Assembly (NCBI GenBank): GCA_977018835.1
Contig: OZ361260.1
Span: 2,604,001 to 2,668,000, forward strand
Reading direction: 5' to 3'
Origin: Minutocellus sp. GHC0000111
Lineage: Eukaryota
DNA length: 64,000 nucleotides
Shown here: one piece after another, positions 57,862 to 64,000 of the stretch
How positions within the stretch are numbered: position 1 is the stretch's first letter
Layout: each line of letters starts with the position of its first letter
Position numbers and translations under genes: made by a program
The notes under the pieces: model-generated
What the model was told of the DNA's origin: nothing
Seen by the model: the letters and a program-made list of their open reading frames with translations, nothing else
Databases searched by the model: none

Positions 57862-59064
57862 ATGCCCACCGTCATCGTTTCGTTTGCAAGAACCCCAATC
57901 GGCAAATTCCTGGGGAAGCTGAGCTCAGTAAAAGCCCCGGAGCTTGGAGCAACGGCGATCAAGGGAGCGCTTTCCAAGGCGTCCGGTTCAGCCGACCAGC
58001 TGCCCTTCACGATTGCCGAAGCTTACATGGGCAACGTCGTCTCGTCTGGCATCGGGCAAGCCCCTTGTCGTCAAGCTATCCTCGGTGCTGGCCTGCCAGC
58101 GTCGACGGTCTGCACCACCATCAACAAGGTGTGCGCTTCGGGTATGAAATCGGTAATGTTGGGTTCTCAAGCGGTTGCGGCAGGATCGATCGGTAAGAAC
58201 CAGGCAATCATCGCAGGTGGTATGGAGTCAATGTCGAACATCCCTCATTATCTACGCAATTCTAGAACCGGGACAAGCCTCGGAAACACACAATTGATCG
58301 ACGGTCTCGTTTGCGATGGCTTGTGGGATCCTTATAATGATCAGCACATGGGATTATGTGCCGAAAAATGCGCACGTGATTATTCCATCTCAAGAGAGGA
58401 GCAGGACGCCTACTGTGTTGAAAGCTACAACCGTGCAAAGGAGGCCATTGAGTTTGGATATTTCAAGGATGAGATCGTTCCGGTTGAAATTGCTCAGCGA
58501 AGGGGTGATCCAGTGGTTGTGTCTGACGACGAGGAACCTGGTGCCCTGAAGATTGAGAAGGTTCCGTCGTTAAGACCTGCCTTTCAAAAGGATGGTGGCA
58601 CAGTCACAGCCGCAAATGCATCCAGCATCAATGATGGAGCAGCGACGATGGTTCTGATGGAGGAGGCGAGTGCGAAGGAGCTTGGACTTGAGCCATTGGC
58701 ACGTATACTTGGCTATGGAGATGCAGAACAGGCGCCCGTTGACTTCACTACCGCGCCAGCGAAGGCAGTTCCTGTAGCTCTCAAGAATGCAGGCTTGCAG
58801 GAAACAGACGTGGAGTATCATGAGATTAATGAAGCATTCTCTGTTGTTGCTCTGGCCAACATGAAGATCTTAAATCTGGACCCGGGCAAAGTGAATGTTT
58901 TTGGTGGGGCTGTGGCATTGGGCCACCCGATCGGTTGCTCTGGCAGCCGTATCATTGGTACCCTCTGCAGTGTTCTGAAGCATTCCGATGCCTCGATTGG
59001 CTGTGCTTCTATCTGCAATGGTGGCGGTGGTGCATCGGCAATAATTATTGAACGTTTGAAGTGA
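57862..59064 (+). CDS. Acetyl-CoA acetyltransferase (thiolase II)
   Basis: RTPIG, TTINKVCASGMK, GGMESMS, NASSINDGAA, EINEAF, GHPIGCSG and CNGGGGASA motifs. Confidence 0.97.
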   Translation: MPTVIVSFARTPIGKFLGKLSSVKAPELGATAIKGALSKASGSADQLPFTIAEAYMGNVVSSGIGQAPCRQAILGAGLPASTVCTTINKVCASGMKSVMLGSQAVAAGSIGKNQAIIAGGMESMSNIPHYLRNSRTGTSLGNTQLIDGLVCDGLWDPYNDQHMGLCAEKCARDYSISREEQDAYCVESYNRAKEAIEFGYFKDEIVPVEIAQRRGDPVVVSDDEEPGALKIEKVPSLRPAFQKDGGTVTAANASSINDGAATMVLMEEASAKELGLEPLARILGYGDAEQAPVDFTTAPAKAVPVALKNAGLQETDVEYHEINEAFSVVALANMKILNLDPGKVNVFGGAVALGHPIGCSGSRIIGTLCSVLKHSDASIGCASICNGGGGASAIIIERLK

Positions 59065-59129
59065 ATATATCCACGAAAACATTGGAGCGGAGAGCGAATT
59101 TTACTAATGACATAAAAATACGGCTGACC

Positions 59130-59193
59130 TAGGGTTAGGACCCTGACCCTGACCCTGACCCTAACCCTAACCCTGACCCTAACCCTAACCCTG
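59130..59193. repeat. Interstitial telomere-like block TAGGGTTAGG-A-(CCCTRA)8-CCCTG
   Basis: Read directly; a mixture of CCCTAA and CCCTGA units. Confidence 0.9.
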
Positions 59194-59968
59194 TATGGCC
59201 GTCCAACAAAGTTGTGTCAACAAACTCGTTATCTGCTCCACGGTACATGGTCACCCAACTAGAGTGTGTCATGCTTGGAGTTGAGACAATAGGTTTGGCA
59301 GGTTTGGAATCAACTATTGCCGCGTCTCTTGTCCAAGACCAGAACGGCAATTTTTACTACGTCTCTCGTCAGGCCATCATGGTTGAAGCCAAGCGTCAGA
59401 AAACTCTCCAACCCACTTCTACCCCTTCTTTGCTTCATGCTAAGAAGCTATCTGCTCAACCACTTCCTGTGCCTCTTCCCTTGTTGGGGGAGAGGTCGTT
59501 GACACAACAATTCCGGTCCACTCGTGAATCGTGATGATGAGGAGGCAGAGCAGAATGTGGGCGAGCCCATCGAGGCCAACGGCGCTGGCGTCACAGAAGC
59601 TGAGACCGCCGAGGAGGTCGCTTCTCCAGACCCTCGCTTCGTCAGAGGTGTCTTGGAACTACCTGATGATCCAACCAATCGGATTAGGCTTCCCCACCGA
59701 TAGGGCATTGAATGGGATGTACGAGAACTCCAATCCCTAACACGGATATGTTCGCTCGCCCAGCATTTCCTGCCCGCGAATTTCCTGCTCGGGAGCCTAT
59801 GTTTGATCCAAAGCATCACATCCTCCTCCCCCCATCTCTGTGTGTGTTGGAGACACTCCCCTTAATTCTCTTTTTTCTTCCCCCCCTCTGACTTTTATTC
59901 TCACTTTCACCTCATAACCCGTTGTCAACTCAGCACCTCAAACCTGCGCATCAACACACCCCCTCACC

Positions 59969-62882
59969 ATGGCGAGCCGCGCTGCGTTGACGGCGGCCCA
60001 GTTGGCCTCTCGCCGGGCCACTGCTCGTGTCGGCGGCGTCACATCTATTCCCGTGGCAACAGCTTCGCCGTCGTCCGCTTTGGTACATGTATCTTCGGCA
60101 CATGTCGGACCTTTCGACGGCACATCTGCTTCTTCCAACGGTGCTGCTTGCAGCAGTAGCAGCGTCAGAGGCACCACCAGCGTTCGGTACTTTTCCACTT
60201 CGGACGACGATGGCCATAAATCCAGCAAGCTGCACCCCCCTAAAAACCTCAAGGACTTTGTCCCGAAGCGAGGCGGCGGAGACGTCTTCAACCGTCCCAA
60301 CAAGTTGTCCGGCGAGGACGTGTCGGACGACACCGTGACGGCCAAGGGATCCGCCAAGCCGCATGCCGGCCAGGCCCACCGGCAGCGCGACCTCAAGAAG
60401 AAGCAGAAGAATGCCGGCAATAGCGACGCAAATTCCAACGCAAACGCCAATTCCAACACGCATGGTCGGGTCAATCCGAAGCTGGCCCATCGCAAGTCCA
60501 AGAGCTCGGCGGTTCACGACGCGTTTCCCGGCCGCGAGGCCAACGAGGTGATTGACAGCACCGTCGCCGCTAATTCTAGTAGAGACAATAACAACAACTC
60601 GGACAGACGATTCGGACAGGCCGGCCGCGGCGGTGCCGCTGGTCGTGGCGGCAGAGGAGCTGGACGAGGTGCGCACGGAAGAGGCGGCCGATACGGAGGC
60701 CGAGGAGGACGCGGAGCTGGTAGTAATTATGGCCTGAACAACCGAACCAAGCTCAGCGATATCATCCGAGGCGGTGCCGGTGCATCTGACGGCGATAACA
60801 GCAATTTCCAAGCTACTGCATCTCCCATTAAAATTTCGTTGGAGCCAGAATCCAACGGTCTCACGGGTGCGTTCCAAAACTTTGTCGACGAGGGGATGGA
60901 CGTGCCCAAGCCCAAGCCGCCCAAGATTCCCACCACTGCTCCTCCTTCTTCCATGGGCATGGAGGACCAGCGGATGCAGAGAATGGGTGGACGTGGCGGT
61001 AGAGGTGGTCGGTATGGAGGACGCGGTGGTGGACGTGGAGGTGGCCGAGGTGGACGTGGCGGAAGAGGCGGTGGATTTCAGCAGTCCGACATGTCGGATT
61101 TCGAGAGGGTGAGTGATGTGCAAAATATTTTATTTTTATGTATCGACACCTATCTATGTATCTCTGCTGCATCGTATATTGTTGGCCAATTGATTGATTT
61201 GCTCACAGTCTTTTTATTTACGTCCACAAACACAAATACAACAGAAATACCTCGGAGATCCGACGTACATCGATCCGACCGCAGCCGCCGTTCCCAAGGC
61301 CGTGGCCAATACCCTCGTCCCTCTTGCCGAGCATGGTCCGTCGTTCCAAAACTTTATGGATGCCATGAACGATCATCCGACCAAGTTTGCTTCCGTCGAA
61401 CGTCTCAATCTGCATCCCGAGAGCAACCGTGAGCCTTTGCCTACCATCGTCCCCAATTCCAGAATTACCGATCCCACGAAGGAATTCCTCGATCACTACG
61501 GACAATACGCTGGATATCTCTACGTGGCCAACGTCCCCCACCCCACCCTCGACGACAAGCTTGGCGAGTACGACGATGTGTTGGCCCGTCAATCCCTCGT
61601 CGAATCCATCGCCGATATTATGAATGTCAATGCTCTTGACGTGTTCCCCGCCAGCATGACCAGTGGATATGTCAGATACAAGAGCTTTGAGGATGCCCAG
61701 CAGGCCGTCAAGAGCAGCCAGAAGAAGCGATTGACGGACATTGTCCTGGAAATGTCGGCCAATTCCGATGACGACGCTGCTGATAATACCGCCGTGAAGC
61801 TCACCAACATTATCCCCGGAACGACCAAACATACCATTGCCAAGGTATTTTTGCCTGAGGGTTCCAAGCTATCGGCCAAATTCGACAATCTCGTCATCAG
61901 AGCCGATTCGGTCGACTTTGTCAACCCCACAACCGCCCTCGTCCGTCTCCCATCTGCCGACATTGCCAAATCACTGATGGAATCACAGGACATGCACCAC
62001 CATCTCAAGGCCGAGCTCAAGCACAAGTGGCACGTCAAGGTTTTCCCTGCCAAACGATCGAAAGATCGCGATGGATATGCCGGCCCCAACCGCTATCTGC
62101 CAGTCTACAAGCACTCCGACACCCAAATGTTGGTATCAGGCGAGGTTCCCACCAATGAATTCTTCCGTAGCCATTCCGATGTGATTCATCTCCGCAATCT
62201 CAGCCCCGCCATTACCAAGAAGGATCTGTCAGCCTTCTTCCAGCCCTACAGCACCGACTATCGTGATGAGTTTGGTAGCATTGAGTTTGTCCATGATGCC
62301 GATGGTCTGCGCACGGACCGGGCCTATGTCGGATTCGATCTGCCCGGTGAGGTCGACGCCGTTTTTGAGGCATTCGCTCATGGTCGAGCTCAGATATCGG
62401 CCGGGCAAGATGGCGCCGTATCGACCGTATCCATGTCAAAAGTGAAGGAAAGAGCCGTTCGTCGTGGATCCAAGGCCGACCGCCCTCAGCCCCGCAGTGA
62501 GGAGGACTTGCTCGACGATTTGCACAACTGGGAGCGCCATGTCGATCCGGAAGACCTCGAGACTCTCAATGAGCTGGGCATCACTCACGATATTCTCGAC
62601 GAGATCTTCGTCACTCTCCGATACCAGAACAAGACCTTTGCGGCAGCTGATCAAGCGCGCAAGGGCGAGCGATCGCATCCCGAGTATGCCCGAGGAGATC
62701 ATTACCGTCGCATGGTGCGGCTGTACATCAAGACGCTGTTGGAGGTATCGGTCACTCCGGACGAGCCCGGCATGCTGTACGAGGGTATGTTCCCCGATGA
62801 CATGGAGATCGATACGTCGATCTTCGACGAAGAGAGGGAAAGGATCAATAGGTTGCGAATGAAGACCACCGGGCATTCTTAA
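59969..62882 (+). CDS. RGG-rich, RRM-like RNA-binding protein with probable mitochondrial presequence; exons 59969-61108 and 61245-62882
   Basis: Arg/Ala/Ser-rich N-terminus ending VRYFS, two RGG boxes, LYVANVP, IHLRNLS.AITKKDL..FF and G.RTDRAYVGF RRM-like motifs. Phase-0 GT-AG intron. Confidence 0.75.
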
Positions 62883-63052
62883 ATTGCTTATAAGGCTGCA
62901 TTGAAATGATATCATTGAAATGTAAATGTGTATTACAAATCAGCAAAGAATTCCGCAAGTATGAGTTATTAATTGGTGATCGTTGCCAAGAAATTACATC
63001 AAAATTGCTTTATTTCGCCATGAAATGGCGATTTTAGTTCAATCAAGTACAT

Positions 63053-64000
63053 CTACAAATGATATCTCACTGAATTTGTCAAAGATCCAGCAATTCTTCT
63101 GCCGTCTTTCCTCAAAACAGAAAAACACGCTCCGGCCCGCTGCCAGCAAACATACATGTACTTTCCACTTGGGCTAAATGCAAGGCCGGTCGTTAGTCGA
63201 TCCATTTGATACCCGTCTTCGTTCAGCGTACTTTCGAGAATGGTAGAATACCGTCCCTCGGCATCGCGCGTGTAAATTCCTCCGGCTTTCGCTTTCCAAC
63301 CATGGTTGGTCATGTAAATGATTCCAGAATTATCACCCGACAATCGAATTAGCTGGTCCGCAGATAGATTCATTCCATCCTCCTGTGGACTGATTCGGGT
63401 GTAATTGGCATTATCTAGATCCAAGATAAAAATATCGGTGCTTCTTCTAGCGGTGAAGTGCATGATTCCATCTCTGATCTCGATTCCCTCTGAATTGCTG
63501 TACAGATGGGCAGATTGATCAGCCTCTTGCTTATCGGCAGTCCAATAGAAGGTGCCCTTTTGATTTTTATCATCGGTGGGTTCCAACACTAGGTAATCTA
63601 TCGTTCCGTTTCCAAACAGCAATGTTCGATACCGTGATTCAGCATCGTAGGTAGCCGCCGGCCGATATCGTCTAAGAGGGCCTACTTTTCTATCTTCGGT
63701 GATAAAATAGGATGGATTCTTGCTATCTCGCTCATCGTACGCAAACGATTCGAAATTTCCACCCTCTGCGCCTCCCAACGCCGTGCGAGTCTCCTCTTTA
63801 TTGGCCAAGCCACCACCGACAAAAGGATCCAATTCGTAACAATGTGTGTTGCCAGACTCTTCGCACGATATGAAGGAATTCCAACTCGTCACTCCACCCC
63901 CGCAATTCCGTGAGGTGTTTTTGAGCAACATATCGTAGAATATGGCCTCACCGTTGGCATTAAATAAGATAACACCGACTCCGCCTCCACCGTTCTTGAC
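63053..64000 (-). CDS. PhoX/DUF839-like alkaline phosphatase beta-propeller (5' end outside window)
   Basis: RNCGGG.T.W..F.SCEE, FESFAYD, TED, EGI and TTGLAFSP.G..MY motifs. Frame is open to the window edge. Confidence 0.75.
   Translation of the reverse strand, partial: VKNGGGGVGVILFNANGEAIFYDMLLKNTSRNCGGGVTSWNSFISCEESGNTHCYELDPFVGGGLANKEETRTALGGAEGGNFESFAYDERDSKNPSYFITEDRKVGPLRRYRPAATYDAESRYRTLLFGNGTIDYLVLEPTDDKNQKGTFYWTADKQEADQSAHLYSNSEGIEIRDGIMHFTARRSTDIFILDLDNANYTRISPQEDGMNLSADQLIRLSGDNSGIIYMTNHGWKAKAGGIYTRDAEGRYSTILESTLNEDGYQMDRLTTGLAFSPSGKYMYVCWQRAGACFSVLRKDGRRIAGSLTNSVRYHL

Noticed and set aside
59951..61123. 390-aa minus-strand ORF and similar long antisense ORFs elsewhere
   Set aside because: Shadow ORFs of GC-rich or low-complexity sense genes with no independent motifs.
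63053..64000. Recent bacterial transfer or contamination (PhoX-like and glutaminyl cyclase genes)
   Set aside because: Both sit among intron-containing genes with no operon features, and such families already occur in algae.
1..64000. tRNA, rRNA or LTR/LINE retroelements
   Set aside because: No cloverleaf, rRNA signature or reverse-transcriptase/integrase motifs recognised by eye.

Overview
Eukaryotic, gene-dense window, most likely from a diatom (short GT-AG introns, a silicanin-like gene, a KRE6-type transglycosylase, RXL propeptides). It holds about 25 genes. Housekeeping genes include VDAC (truncated), glutaminyl cyclase, glucosidase II alpha, LSm3, a Xi-class GST, RPC3, ABCE1, DPP4/8/9, thiolase and a PhoX-like gene. 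There is also a five-member family of Cys-domain, Pro/Thr/Ser-rich mucin-like surface proteins. A mobile-element hotspot spans 8-26 kb: a foldback MITE with internal telomeric repeats, a full-length 4.9 kb Tc1/mariner-superfamily element (DD38D transposase plus a cargo ORF), two adjacent TA-flanked MITEs and a second, decayed mariner. The most striking observation is an intact 2.7 kb tyrosine-recombinase (Crypton-like) element integrated inside the left terminal inverted repeat (TIR) of that second mariner, between 7-bp direct repeats; removing it in silico rebuilds the TIR. Many host genes carry frameshifts, nonsense codons or deletions, so the window is either a decaying haplotype or has assembly errors. 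All protein family calls are from motif recognition, not database searches.
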